A DNA stretch of 64,000 nt, taken from positions 260,633-324,632 of the forward strand of contig JBEKML010000001.1 in the NCBI GenBank assembly GCA_050008535.1, in the 5' to 3' direction. Below, piece by piece: positions 29,342 through 38,897 of the stretch. The number at the start of each line of letters is the position of its first letter. The stretch's first letter is position 1. The notes under the pieces were generated by a model. It made no database searches. It was not told the origin of the DNA and saw nothing but the letters and a program-made list of their open reading frames with translations. Both the position numbers and the translations under genes were made by a program. This DNA is from Minisyncoccia bacterium (lineage in GTDB: Bacteria > Patescibacteriota > Minisyncoccia > UBA6257 > 2-01-FULL-56-20).

Positions 29342-29370
29342 ATTATATACGTATTTAATGCTTTCGTCAA
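29342..29370 (-). promoter_or_regulatory. consensus sigma70 promoter TTGACG-17-TATAAT
   Basis: Minus-strand reading ttgacgaaagcattaaatacgtatataat. Confidence 0.6.
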
Positions 29371-29418
29371 CTGTGCACAGGACAGGATTCGAACAACCCT
29401 AAGCGCGGGCAGAATTTG

Positions 29419-29952
29419 TTAGGAATATAATGCCGCGCGGCTCTTCCGTAAGAGCCAATGTACGAACCACGCCGAAAGGAGGCCGATGGCCGCGCCGCCC
29501 AAAATATCCAGTGGCCAGTGGACGCCCGTGTAGATGCGCGCGATGCCCATCACCGCGGAAAGCCCGAAGAACCACCATCCCCATTTCCGGTTCGCGTACC
29601 AGACGGTGAGCGAAAGCGCGAAGAACCACGTCATGTGTCCGGATGGGAATGACCACGCCGACTCGCTGATGAGCGGCGTGAAATTATAGAAAGAAAACGG
29701 CCGTTCAAGGTGGTAGAAAAACCTGATGGTTTCCGTGAGGATTCCGCGCGCGAGCATGACGGCGATCGCGCCTTCGCAAAAAAGATAGAACTTTTTCCGC
29801 CAGCCGTCCTCGTAGCCCACGAGCACCAGGAATCCCACGACCATGAGGTAGGGAAGGTATTTCGCAAAAAAAATGCCGAGGTCGTCAAGAAAAACGCTCC
29901 GGCCGGCGAAGTTGTGGATGAAGAGAAAAAGCGTTTGGTTCAGGGAGGACAT
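29419..29952 (-). CDS. PAP2-family phosphatase (undecaprenyl-diphosphatase/lipid phosphatase-like)
   Basis: PSGH and SRIYTGVHWPLD PAP2 motifs, polytopic. Confidence 0.8.
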   Translation of the reverse strand: MSSLNQTLFLFIHNFAGRSVFLDDLGIFFAKYLPYLMVVGFLVLVGYEDGWRKKFYLFCEGAIAVMLARGILTETIRFFYHLERPFSFYNFTPLISESAWSFPSGHMTWFFALSLTVWYANRKWGWWFFGLSAVMGIARIYTGVHWPLDILGGAAIGLLSAWFVHWLLRKSRAALYS

Positions 29953-29988
29953 GGAAGATGTTTTCCGGCGCGGTGCCGGTGCGCGCGG

Positions 29989-30192
29989 CTATTTCCGGAC
30001 GTAGGCCAGTAGCCCCATATAACGGGCGCGCTTGATCGCCTGGGCGAGCTTCCTTTGGTGCTTCGCGCATGTGCTCGTATGGCGCGGGTCAATGATCTTC
30101 GCCTGGCTTGAAACAAAACGTTTCAGGAGATCCACTTCTTTATAATCAACCTCTTTTAAGTTCTGCGAGCAGAAAAAACACTGTTGCGACAT
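29989..30192 (-). CDS. rpsR: 30S ribosomal protein S18
   Basis: [58 protein letters not shown], 67 aa. Confidence 0.9.
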   Translation of the reverse strand: MSQQCFFCSQNLKEVDYKEVDLLKRFVSSQAKIIDPRHTSTCAKHQRKLAQAIKRARYMGLLAYVRK

Positions 30193-30196
30193 GGTT

Positions 30197-30769
30197 TTAT
30201 ACTTTTTTTACCTGGAGCGAATCAAGTTCCACGGCGGTGTCGCGGCCGAAGATGGGGACGAGGACCTTTATACTTCCCTTTTCCTCGTTCACTTCCGCGA
30301 TTTTGCCGTCATATTCCTTGAACGGTCCGTCGGTTATTTTTACCAGATCGCCCACTTTGAGGTCAAGGATCATCTTACCTTCGTCCTTCCCGGTGCGGGC
30401 GAGCAATTGGTCCACTTCTTCTTTGGAGAGCGGGGTCGGCGTCGTGTTGTCGGGGCCGACGAAGCCGGTCACGCGCGGCGTGTTCCGCACCACGTACCAC
30501 GAATCCTCGGTGAGGATCATTTCCACGAGGACATACCCCGGATAGATCTTCTCCTCGGTGGTCTGCCGCTTGCCGCCCTTTACCCTGACCGTCTTCTCCT
30601 TCGGCACCAGGATGTTGAAAATTTTGTCGCCCATTTCTAGCGATTCAACTCGCTGTTTCAAATAGCGCGCGACAGCCTCTTCGTAGCCGGAATAGGTTTG
30701 GATCGCATACCACTGTTTTGATCCGGTTTTTTCGTTGTGCGCTCCGGGGCGCGAAGGATGCAGCGCCAT
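30197..30769 (-). CDS. nusG: transcription termination/antitermination factor NusG
   Basis: NGN domain ([14 protein letters not shown]) plus C-terminal KOW motif ([23 protein letters not shown]). Confidence 0.9.
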   Translation of the reverse strand: MALHPSRPGAHNEKTGSKQWYAIQTYSGYEEAVARYLKQRVESLEMGDKIFNILVPKEKTVRVKGGKRQTTEEKIYPGYVLVEMILTEDSWYVVRNTPRVTGFVGPDNTTPTPLSKEEVDQLLARTGKDEGKMILDLKVGDLVKITDGPFKEYDGKIAEVNEEKGSIKVLVPIFGRDTAVELDSLQVKKV

Positions 30770-30770
30770 G

Positions 30771-30959
30771 CTAGTGGGTAATAAATAATTTTATCGCGTT
30801 CGTAAAAACATAATCAAAGAAGCCCAAAAACGCCGCGAGTCCGAGCGAGATGCCGATCACGATGCTCGTGAGGCGCACCGCTTCTTGGCGCGTCGGCCAG
30901 TTCACGTGGCGCAGTTCCTGCCGCGATTCCATGAAAAAGTTTTTGATGCGTGCGAACAT
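30771..30959 (-). CDS. secE: preprotein translocase subunit SecE
   Basis: 62 aa, single C-terminal TM, FMESRQELRHVNWPTRQEAVRLTSIVIGISL pattern; immediately upstream of nusG. Confidence 0.85.
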   Translation of the reverse strand: MFARIKNFFMESRQELRHVNWPTRQEAVRLTSIVIGISLGLAAFLGFFDYVFTNAIKLFITH

Positions 30960-31086
30960 TGCTTGAAACCCCCGACCCCCGAACTAAAATACCGCCATAC
31001 TCGCGGCATCGGAGATACGAAGAGTATAGCATCCTCCTGAAGCTTCGTCAATCGCTATTTTTCGGGGGACGTGGTAAGCTTGAGCA

Positions 31087-31488
31087 ATGGGATCGGCGGA
31101 AAAAACAAAATTGGCCCTGGACCGGAAATTTAAAGGAATTTGCGAAACTCCCGCAGGTTTCAATTTTTTTGTCTCGCTTCACGACTTCGTCCAATATATC
31201 GAAGCGACACCTTCTTTCGGTGTTTTTTTTCGCGGCACAAAAGGAAGCCGGGCGTCGGAAATTCCCCAAAAATATTCTATTCTTAAGCAGATCTATCAAG
31301 GCATAGAAGACATTGACGTCCGCACCACAAACGACCTTGGGCACGACCGTTATGTGGCAATCCGCGAGTTAAGCCTGATCCGGAACAAAGATGTCTCCGA
31401 CAATAATCCGTTCTGGAAGCGCCGGGAGTCGTTAAGGAAGTTGGCGGGCGATATCCACAAGACGTTGCACGGTTATCTTTCTGAATGA
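31087..31488 (+). CDS. hypothetical protein
   Basis: 133-aa ORF whose stop overlaps the helicase start (ATGA); competing antisense ORFs are less protein-like. Confidence 0.4.
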   Translation: MGSAEKTKLALDRKFKGICETPAGFNFFVSLHDFVQYIEATPSFGVFFRGTKGSRASEIPQKYSILKQIYQGIEDIDVRTTNDLGHDRYVAIRELSLIRNKDVSDNNPFWKRRESLRKLAGDIHKTLHGYLSE

Positions 31489-32732
31489 ACGTTCGGCCCA
31501 GCTTCCGCGGTCTCGGCATTGCCCCAAACATCCTCACTGTTCTTGATAAGCTCCGCTTCACGACGCCAACACCCATCCAGGCGCAGTCAATCCCGCAGGC
31601 GATGGAGGGAAAGGATATGATGGGAATCGCGCAGACCGGCACCGGGAAAACGCTCGCATTCGGCATCCCGCTTGTCCAAAATATGCTGAAGGACGCCCAT
31701 CGCAAGGCGCTCGTGCTTCTCCCTACGCGGGAACTTGCGGTGCAGGTGGAAGAGGCGTTGCGGAAGATCGGCGGACCGTTGGGCGTAAAGACCGCGGTCT
31801 TGATCGGCGGCGAATCCATACGGAAGCAGTGGCATGCGCTCGATCGCAAGCCGCAAATCATCTTGGCGACCCCGGGGCGGCTTATTGACCATCTTGAACA
31901 AAAAACAGTGAGCTTAAAGGAGGTAAGTGCGGTCGTTCTTGATGAGGCCGACCGGATGCTTGATATGGGATTCGCGCCGCAGCTCAGGCGGATCCTCGCG
32001 GTTCTTCCCCGTGAACGGCAAACGATGCTTTTTTCCGCCACGATGCCGGAGAGCATTGTTTCTATGGCCCGCGCGTTCCTTAAGCTTCCGGTGCGTGTGG
32101 AGATCGCGAGATCCGGGACGGCGGCAAAAGATGTTTCGCAGGAATTGTTTTTTGTGACCCAATCGGAAAAGCCGAGGTTGCTCGAGAAGGTTTTGCAGGA
32201 ATATCGCGGTTCGGTGCTTGTATTTTCCAGGACAAAGTTCAGCGCAAAGAAGATCGCGGCCCATCTTCGCACGCTTGGCCATGCGGCGGTGGAGTTTCAT
32301 TCCAACCGCTCGCAGAACCAACGGCAGGAAGCCCTTGAGGGTTTCAAGAATGGAAAATACCGCGTGATCGTTGCGACGGATATCGCGGCGCGCGGCATTG
32401 ACGTGAAGAATATAGAGCTCGTTCTCAACTATGACCTTCCGACCGTTGCGGAGGATTATATCCATCGCATCGGGCGCACCGGCCGTGCCGGCGAAAAAGG
32501 CCATGCCATTTCCTTTGCGCGGCCGGATCAAAAAGGGGACGTGCAGGCCATTGAGCGTCTGATGCGCGTCACATTGCCCGTGTCCCGGCTGCCGATGTTG
32601 CCGCCAGCTCCGCCTGCGTCGTTCGCGCCGCAAACCTTCGAGCGGGAACCTTCACGACGAATATTCTCGCCCCGCGCCGATCGTTTCCGCCAAAAACCCG
32701 GACGGCGTTTTGGGCGGCGACGTTCAAGATAG
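31485..32732 (+). CDS. DEAD-box ATP-dependent RNA helicase
   Basis: Q-motif, AQTGTGKT (motif I), DEAD (VVLDEADRMLDMGF), SAT, HRIGRTGRAG; R-rich C-tail. Confidence 0.9.
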   Translation: MNVRPSFRGLGIAPNILTVLDKLRFTTPTPIQAQSIPQAMEGKDMMGIAQTGTGKTLAFGIPLVQNMLKDAHRKALVLLPTRELAVQVEEALRKIGGPLGVKTAVLIGGESIRKQWHALDRKPQIILATPGRLIDHLEQKTVSLKEVSAVVLDEADRMLDMGFAPQLRRILAVLPRERQTMLFSATMPESIVSMARAFLKLPVRVEIARSGTAAKDVSQELFFVTQSEKPRLLEKVLQEYRGSVLVFSRTKFSAKKIAAHLRTLGHAAVEFHSNRSQNQRQEALEGFKNGKYRVIVATDIAARGIDVKNIELVLNYDLPTVAEDYIHRIGRTGRAGEKGHAISFARPDQKGDVQAIERLMRVTLPVSRLPMLPPAPPASFAPQTFEREPSRRIFSPRADRFRQKPGRRFGRRRSR

Positions 32733-32762
32733 TTATGCACACGCCCGCCTCTGGTTGGTTGT

Positions 32763-33773
32763 ATGAAGGGTTGTATAATGATAAGTAAAGCTATGCCGGA
32801 ATTTTCCGCGCAAAGACGGCGTGCGTTTCTGATAACAGGGGTCGTTTTTGTAGTTATTTTATTGGTTCCGGGGGCGGTTGGTATGATGTATTATCAAACC
32901 GACCAAAATCTTACAGCGCAGACGTACGCTCGGCAACAAACCCTGATCAATCTTGCGGCAACCGCAGTGAGGATCAAGATCGATCATCTCGTCGGGATAG
33001 CAAAAGCGATCGCATCGCTTGACCAGATCTCCCAAAGCGTTGCAAGCGGTCGTTGGGACGATGCGGCGCGGTCGGTGAGCGACTTTGAGAACAACGTTGC
33101 CTTTTACGACCCTTTTATTGACAGGGTCATCTTCTATGATGCAAGGGGTATTCAGCGGGCGGCGTACCCGACGCTCGTGGGTGGCATTGGGACGAGTGCA
33201 ACGAGCAGCGATTGGTACCGCGCGTTGAACCAAGGAGAAAATTCTTATGTTTCCGGCGTAGCACAACGGCTTTCTATGCCGCGGATCAATGTGGTGGGCG
33301 TCGCGGTGCCGATAGAGACTGGCGGGGCGATCAGAGGTTTTTTGGTTCTCCAGATCCCCACGAACAATTTCCTGGAGTTCGGTACGGATCTTTCCCTTGG
33401 GACCTACGGGTTTGCATATATTGTTGACGGGAAAGGAAACCTTGTGGCGAACCCGCACTTCTCTTCTCAGACCGGAGCGGTGACTGATTACTCTTTTGTG
33501 CCGGCGGTAAAAGAGATAATGGCGGGCAAGGCAGGGGTGATGGTCGCCAACGATCCGAGCGAGGGCGAGAAGAGTGTTATCTCATACGAGCCATTGCCGC
33601 AGTATCGTTGGGGGATCGTGATACAAGAGTTGTACGATGAGGCGTTTGCGGCAAGAGACAGCATACTTTTTTCCTACTTGTGGGAGATTATAGCCGCCAT
33701 CGTAATTGATCTTGCTTTTTCTTACCTTATATTTAGATTATTGATTGCCAGGTCCAAATACCCAAAGTCATGA
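32763..33773 (+). CDS. membrane protein with periplasmic Cache-like sensor domain, no output domain
   Basis: TM, then a ~260-aa extracytoplasmic domain with a dCache-like pattern, then a C-terminal TM; its stop overlaps the pilin start by 4 nt. Confidence 0.5.
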   Translation: MKGCIMISKAMPEFSAQRRRAFLITGVVFVVILLVPGAVGMMYYQTDQNLTAQTYARQQTLINLAATAVRIKIDHLVGIAKAIASLDQISQSVASGRWDDAARSVSDFENNVAFYDPFIDRVIFYDARGIQRAAYPTLVGGIGTSATSSDWYRALNQGENSYVSGVAQRLSMPRINVVGVAVPIETGGAIRGFLVLQIPTNNFLEFGTDLSLGTYGFAYIVDGKGNLVANPHFSSQTGAVTDYSFVPAVKEIMAGKAGVMVANDPSEGEKSVISYEPLPQYRWGIVIQELYDEAFAARDSILFSYLWEIIAAIVIDLAFSYLIFRLLIARSKYPKS

Positions 33774-34450
33774 AAAAAGGATTCACCCTCATTGAGCTTT
33801 TGATCGTGATCGCAATCATTGCGGTCTTGTCGGTGGTTGTCATCTTGTCCTTAAACCCGGCGGAATTGCTCCGCCAGGCGCGGGATTCCAACCGTATTTC
33901 GGACATGGCAACCCTGAAGAGCGCCATCGCGCTTTATTTGACGGACGTATCAAACCCCAATCTTGGTTCTGCCGCCTACTGTTATATCAGCAACAGCACG
34001 GCAACGGTTGCCATTGTGGCGAGCAGCACCGGGTCGTGGACCGCGCCTGCGGCCACTCCGGGGTGCGGCTATTGGTTTCCAAGTAATACCACGAACACCT
34101 GGATGAACGCCACAACAACAAGATCGATCGGGACCGTTGGCAGCACGACGGGAAACGGCTGGATACCGGTCAATCTTGCAAACATCTCTTCCGGTTCGCC
34201 TCTTGGCCAGGAACCGATTGACCCCACAAACCAGGGCGGAGTCGCCGCCTGCACCGGCACGGTCACTTCTGGCGTCTCGCTCTCAAACTGCTCCCTTTTC
34301 TACAGCTACATCGTGAGCGGTACGAGCTTCAAGCTCGCCGCGTTTATGGAAAGTAGGAAGTATTCCGCCGGCGGCGCCGGCGACGTGCCTTCGAAAGACG
34401 GGGGGTATAACCCGTATGTTTACGAACAGGGACTAAACTTGTCCCTGTAG
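33770..34450 (+). CDS. type IV pilin / pseudopilin (prepilin N-terminal methylation domain)
   Basis: MKKGFTLIELLIVIAIIAVL class III signal plus hydrophobic helix; S/T-rich globular part. Confidence 0.85.
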   Translation: MKKGFTLIELLIVIAIIAVLSVVVILSLNPAELLRQARDSNRISDMATLKSAIALYLTDVSNPNLGSAAYCYISNSTATVAIVASSTGSWTAPAATPGCGYWFPSNTTNTWMNATTTRSIGTVGSTTGNGWIPVNLANISSGSPLGQEPIDPTNQGGVAACTGTVTSGVSLSNCSLFYSYIVSGTSFKLAAFMESRKYSAGGAGDVPSKDGGYNPYVYEQGLNLSL

Positions 34451-34463
34451 ACCGCTCCTTGGT

Positions 34464-35603
34464 TCATCGCACCGAACGATATCCTCCGGGGACGCCCTCT
34501 TTTGACAGCACGATCTGCCAGAGTTGTGTTTCCCGGGCGCGGAAGGCGCCGGCGCAGGCAAGAAGATAGTATTTCCACATCCGATAGAATGTTTCGCCGT
34601 ATTTCGCGCTGATTTCGGGCCAGTGCCGATCGAAATTCTCGAACCACGCCATGGTGGTTTTTGAATAATCGGCGCCAAAATTATGCCAGTCCTCCATGAC
34701 GAACAATCGTTCAATCGCTTTCCCGATCCGCGCGACCGACGGCAGGGAAGAGTTCGGAAAAATATATTTTTCGAGCCATGGGTCTACGGACATATCTGAC
34801 GCATTGTTTCCGATCGTATGGAGAAGAAAAAGGCCGCCGTTCTTCAGGTGGTTGTGGGCGACCTGCATGTAACGCCGGTAGTGGTCGTGCCCTACGTGTT
34901 CGAACATGCCGAGCGAAACGATGTGGTCGAAAGAACCTTTCAAATCCCGATAGTCTTCCAGGCGGAATGTAACCGGCAGGCCCTTGCAGAGTTCGCGGCC
35001 CAGTTTCACCTGCTCTTCCGAAACAGTGGTGCCCGTCACGTGCGCGCCATACCGCTCGGCGGCGAATTTCGCGAAACTTCCCCAGCCGCAGCCGATGTCC
35101 AAAACCTCCTGGCCTTGTTTGAGGCCGATCTTGCGGCACACAAGATCAAGTTTCGCTTCCTGCGCCTCGTCAAGATTTTTCGCGTCTTTCCAATAGCCGC
35201 AGGTATAGACCAGGCGCTTATCAAGCATCCGTACAAAAAGGTCATTGCCGAGGTCGTAATGGCGCCGCCCGATCTCAAACGCCGCGCTTTTCGCGCTGCG
35301 GGATCTTTTAAAAAATGTTGAAAGATATGCCGCAAGGTTCGTCGGCGTCACCCATGCCTTGCTCACGACTTTTGTAAGAAAGAGCCGTTCAATCAATTGG
35401 TCGAGCCGGTCCACGTCCCAATATCCTGCCATGTAGGTTTCCCCGAACCCCAAACCTCCGCTGCGCACGACCATTTTATAGAAATCCTCGTTCCGCACGC
35501 GGATGTCCCACGGCCGATCACCGTTTATTTTTACGTCGGCTTCCGTAAGCAACTTTTCGACTGCTGTTTTGGCCCAATCCATAACTCTCACAATATATCT
35601 CAA
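34464..35603 (-). CDS. cfa: cyclopropane-fatty-acyl-phospholipid synthase-like SAM methyltransferase
   Basis: VLDIGCGWGSFAKFAAERYGAHVTGTTVSEEQ SAM-binding motif, 379 aa, CFA/mycolic MTase family pattern. Confidence 0.85.
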   Translation of the reverse strand: MRYIVRVMDWAKTAVEKLLTEADVKINGDRPWDIRVRNEDFYKMVVRSGGLGFGETYMAGYWDVDRLDQLIERLFLTKVVSKAWVTPTNLAAYLSTFFKRSRSAKSAAFEIGRRHYDLGNDLFVRMLDKRLVYTCGYWKDAKNLDEAQEAKLDLVCRKIGLKQGQEVLDIGCGWGSFAKFAAERYGAHVTGTTVSEEQVKLGRELCKGLPVTFRLEDYRDLKGSFDHIVSLGMFEHVGHDHYRRYMQVAHNHLKNGGLFLLHTIGNNASDMSVDPWLEKYIFPNSSLPSVARIGKAIERLFVMEDWHNFGADYSKTTMAWFENFDRHWPEISAKYGETFYRMWKYYLLACAGAFRARETQLWQIVLSKEGVPGGYRSVR

Positions 35604-35734
35604 CTCTCAAAGGCTTTCAAACCAGTCGTCCATTTCTGCGGGCAGCTCGGGTTAAGTACCCGTAGCATGCAATCAGTATAAGGGTTTCTTGGAGGTCGCG
35701 CGAGGCGCGGTTCTGAACCACGTGGGTCGGGGTC

Positions 35735-35805
35735 GAAATATGGGAATGTGCCAAATATGACACAAAACAGGCCGTGTCAAAATATGACACGGCACTGTCA
35801 TTTTT
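35735..35805. repeat. cluster of TGACAC/GTGTCA hexamers (direct AAATATGACAC x2 plus inverted copies) at left edge of phage-like island
   Basis: gaaatatgggaatgtgccAAATATGACACaaaacaggccGTGTCAAAATATGACACggcaCTGTCAttttt. Confidence 0.6.
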
Positions 35806-35935
35806 CTCAATCGATAAGGTTTTGGGAAGTTTTCACTATACTGAAGCAAGGTCGAATTCTGCGCGCGTTCTCCGTGCAAAGCGACACGGATCGGCGCGGT
35901 TAAAAAATAAACCCGAAAAACCATATAATACAAGT

Positions 35936-36304
35936 ATGGACAAAATGGATAAAACCAACCAAACCCGCGAGGGAGCCAATCCTGATGCCTTCGACGGTGG
36001 CACGGACGATCATAATTCCCGGCTCGACCTTATCGGCGACGGCGAGTATATGATAGCCCGTATTGCCTGCCCGAATTGTGGCGGCGTGGCGAAAACCCCA
36101 AAGATTAAGTCGAATGAACCTTACGAAGCGCGCAATGTCCGCTGCAGGAAGAAATGCGGCATCGACGGCTTCGACTGGCATTACGAGCCACAAAAGGTCG
36201 GCGACCGCTACACCTATATGAACAGTTCGGCGAGCGTTTCGGCAGACAATATGCCCAAAATGAAAATCTATAACGAGAGGCGTAACTTTTTGTCGAACAA
36301 GTAG
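35936..36304 (+). CDS. hypothetical zinc-ribbon protein (CPNCGG...CRKKCG)
   Basis: ATG 6 nt downstream of a TATAAT box (possible leaderless). The ORF-track GTG start at 35774 lies within the repeat cluster. Confidence 0.45.
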   Translation: MDKMDKTNQTREGANPDAFDGGTDDHNSRLDLIGDGEYMIARIACPNCGGVAKTPKIKSNEPYEARNVRCRKKCGIDGFDWHYEPQKVGDRYTYMNSSASVSADNMPKMKIYNERRNFLSNK

Positions 36305-36592
36305 TTATACATGATGCGGGGCTGGCGCTTATTGCGCCGTCCGGCAACTGGAAGTCAGATTAACAATTCGAACGCGGTTCCTTGCCCGAGCAATCGGGAC
36401 ACATAGCCGCTTACCTGTTCCCACGAACCATATCGCGGGAGCCGGTAAGCGGCTTTTTTGCCGTTACGGTCGATCAATGGCAAAAAATGGAAACTCTCAA
36501 TTGCAAATGCCGGAATCGGCAAAAGAGGATCAGGCGGAAACCACCCGGAAGGGTCGAGGATATGAATGCAAGCGAAATTTATAAGCAAAACC

Positions 36593-36985
36593 ATGGCAAA
36601 AACTGAAAATTCGGTTATCAAAATCGGTGAAAATGACCGGACGGGAGACGGCAACCTGCGGCCGGAGGCCAAGGAAAAGGCGCGCAGGATGGTTGCAGAA
36701 TATGTGCGCGAGACGGGGCGGGTCAACATATCCGAGCTTTCCAAGGAACTGGCTCTGTCGCGCCCGACGGTGCGAAACTTGGCGGACGAGGTACTCGCGG
36801 ATTGGCGCGGGGAAATCGAGGATCAGGCGGTGGTGATCCATAAATGGTGCGAGCGCGTGGCGAAAGAAATTGACGCGCGGCCGGATGACTTCGACAAGGA
36901 TGAGATTGCGCGCGTCCGGCTCAAGCTCCAGATGCTCGACAAGATGCGGGCGATGCGGAAGGTGCTGCGTAGGGGCGGCGAATAA
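36593..36985 (+). CDS. HTH DNA-binding protein (phage regulatory or small-terminase-like)
   Basis: ETGRVNISELSKELALSRPTVRNLADEV helix-turn-helix; precedes the ParB-MTase. Confidence 0.45.
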   Translation: MAKTENSVIKIGENDRTGDGNLRPEAKEKARRMVAEYVRETGRVNISELSKELALSRPTVRNLADEVLADWRGEIEDQAVVIHKWCERVAKEIDARPDDFDKDEIARVRLKLQMLDKMRAMRKVLRRGGE

Positions 36986-37033
36986 TCGGCAGGCAGTGGT
37001 CGGAAAAATAAATTAATCAATAAATTTAATCAA

Positions 37034-38419
37034 ATGGAACACGTTGATGAAAATACAATCAGGCAGACAATGGCGTTTATGGACGTAAAAATATCGGACA
37101 TCGTTTTTTCAGACAAGAATCCGAGGAAGATCGGCGACGAGGGCCGTACGACGCTCCGCGCGAGCGTCCAAGGCGACCCCGACTTCTTCCGGGCGCGGCC
37201 AGTGATCCTCTCCAACCGCACCGGCAAGCCCGTCATGGTCGCGGGGGAACAACGGGCGCGCGCGGCGCAGGACTTGGGTATGGCGACCATCCCGGCGATC
37301 ATCGTGACACTCACCGAGGAGAAGGAGAAAGAATGGTCACTGAAGGATAACTTGCATCAGGGAGAATGGGACTGGAACATATTCAAAGAATTGGGCCTCG
37401 ACGACGATTTCCTGAAAAAGGTCGGATTCACGAGCGAGCAGCGCGACGAGATCTTCAAGATCGAGGTCGAGCCAGAGCAGTTCGACCTTTCCCGCGCGCT
37501 CGAAAAAATCGACATCCATAAAATCGATGCCCAGAAGGGCGACATCTACGACCTTGGCGGCGGCTCGCGCCTGATGGTCGGCGACAGCACCGTGCCGGAG
37601 GAGTTCGCGAAGCTCATGGGCGGTGAAAAGGGCGAGAAAGCGGACCTTTGCCTCACCGATCCCCCCTATATTTTGGACTACTTGCACGGGAAGAAAAAGA
37701 AAGGCGCGGCAGTGACCGGCTTCGGCGCGAAGCGCGACCGCCGGTATCTCGAAACGGATTCGCTGCCGGACAACTTCACGGAACTTTGGATGCGGAACGT
37801 GAAGGCGGCGGCGAAGGACGATTTCCACATCATCGTGTATGAGAACTGGAAGAATATCCGCACGATCTGGAACGAGATGGAGAAATACTGGAAGGTGAAG
37901 AACATGCTGGTGTGGCATTTGCCGAACCGCGTGCAGGGGTTCGCCGCGAAGTTCAAGTTCTTTTCGAAGCACGACATCGCGATGGTTGGCAGCTCGCGCG
38001 CAGCGGAAGAGCTGAACCTCGAGCCAGAGGAAGAGCTTCTCGAAAACGAATACGAGACCGCGCTCTACGCGGTTTCCGGCAAGCCGCACTGGGAGGGATA
38101 TGAAAAGGGCAAGCGGATCTGCCCGACGGATTTCATCGAGCACGTCGCCGCTGATGAGAAGTCGAGCGGGCAGGGCGTCGTCTTCGGCACGAAGCCGCTC
38201 GAGATCCTCATCCCGTACATCAAGGTTTTGACGAAGCGGGGCGACCTCGTCCTTGAGCCGTTCGGCGGCAGCGGGTCAACACTCGTCGCCGCGCATAAGT
38301 TGGGACGGCGCTGCTACGCGATGGAAAAAAGCAATGTATACGCGACCGTGATCATGAAAAGGTTCGAAAAAGCAACCGGCATAACGCCGAAGAAAATCTC
38401 CGATGGACGAGACCAATAA
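37034..38419 (+). CDS. ParB-like nuclease domain fused to N6/N4 DNA methyltransferase (phage-type ParB-MTase)
   Basis: N-terminal ParB/Srx motif (VMVAGEQRARAAQDLGMATIPAII), DPPY catalytic motif, C-terminal FGGSGST AdoMet motif. Confidence 0.85.
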   Translation: MEHVDENTIRQTMAFMDVKISDIVFSDKNPRKIGDEGRTTLRASVQGDPDFFRARPVILSNRTGKPVMVAGEQRARAAQDLGMATIPAIIVTLTEEKEKEWSLKDNLHQGEWDWNIFKELGLDDDFLKKVGFTSEQRDEIFKIEVEPEQFDLSRALEKIDIHKIDAQKGDIYDLGGGSRLMVGDSTVPEEFAKLMGGEKGEKADLCLTDPPYILDYLHGKKKKGAAVTGFGAKRDRRYLETDSLPDNFTELWMRNVKAAAKDDFHIIVYENWKNIRTIWNEMEKYWKVKNMLVWHLPNRVQGFAAKFKFFSKHDIAMVGSSRAAEELNLEPEEELLENEYETALYAVSGKPHWEGYEKGKRICPTDFIEHVAADEKSSGQGVVFGTKPLEILIPYIKVLTKRGDLVLEPFGGSGSTLVAAHKLGRRCYAMEKSNVYATVIMKRFEKATGITPKKISDGRDQ

Positions 38420-38897
38420 CAAGATAAGGGTTTCGGTGAGCGCGCGGCAGAAGGAGGAAAGGGACAAGGTGCTTCAGGAACTGCGCAAACTGCCGATCGT
38501 TTCGGTCGCCTGCGACCGCGCCTCAATCAGCAGGTGGACGTACTATCGTTGGAAAACCCAAGACAAGGAATTCGCCGCTGCCGCCGACGAGGCCATGCGC
38601 GACGGTGAGCAGTTCGTTTCGGACCTGTCCGAGGCCCAAGTCATCGGGTTGATCAAGGATCGCAATTTGGCGGCGATCACCCTCTGGCTCCGCTCTCACC
38701 ACGAGAAGTACTCGAACAAGCTCGAACTCACCGGGCAGGTGAAAGTCGCGCCCGAGGAACTGACGCCCGAGCAGCAAGCGGCCGTCGACCGCGCGCTGCG
38801 CCTCGCGTCGCTCGCCGGCGGCGAGGCAGCGCCGGACGGCAGCCCGGACAAACAAAATAACCAAATCAACCATGACAAACAACCAACCGGCCAGTGA
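38403..38897 (+). CDS. phage terminase small subunit (putative)
   Basis: HTH-like IVSVACDRASISRWTYYRWK; its stop overlaps the terminase large subunit start. Confidence 0.55.
   Translation: MDETNNKIRVSVSARQKEERDKVLQELRKLPIVSVACDRASISRWTYYRWKTQDKEFAAAADEAMRDGEQFVSDLSEAQVIGLIKDRNLAAITLWLRSHHEKYSNKLELTGQVKVAPEELTPEQQAAVDRALRLASLAGGEAAPDGSPDKQNNQINHDKQPTGQ

Noticed and set aside
29370-29400. Apparent tRNA T-loop (GGATTCGAAC / GTTCGAATCC) suggesting a tRNA between the small gene and PAP2
   Set aside because: Flanking sequence cannot form T-stem or acceptor pairing on either strand; the match is coincidental and overlaps the -35 region of the promoter.
35700-35745. Possible tRNA 3' fragment (GGTTCTGAACC) as attL direct repeat of the island
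   Set aside because: Only a T-loop-like 11-mer is shared with the tRNA-like gene at 53232-53314; surrounding sequence does not align, so a direct-repeat att core could not be demonstrated.
35774-35935. GTG-initiated 5' extension of the zinc-ribbon ORF (track start 35774)
   Set aside because: The extension translates the TGACAC repeat cluster and precedes a TATAAT box; the ATG at 35936 immediately after the -10 box is the more plausible start.
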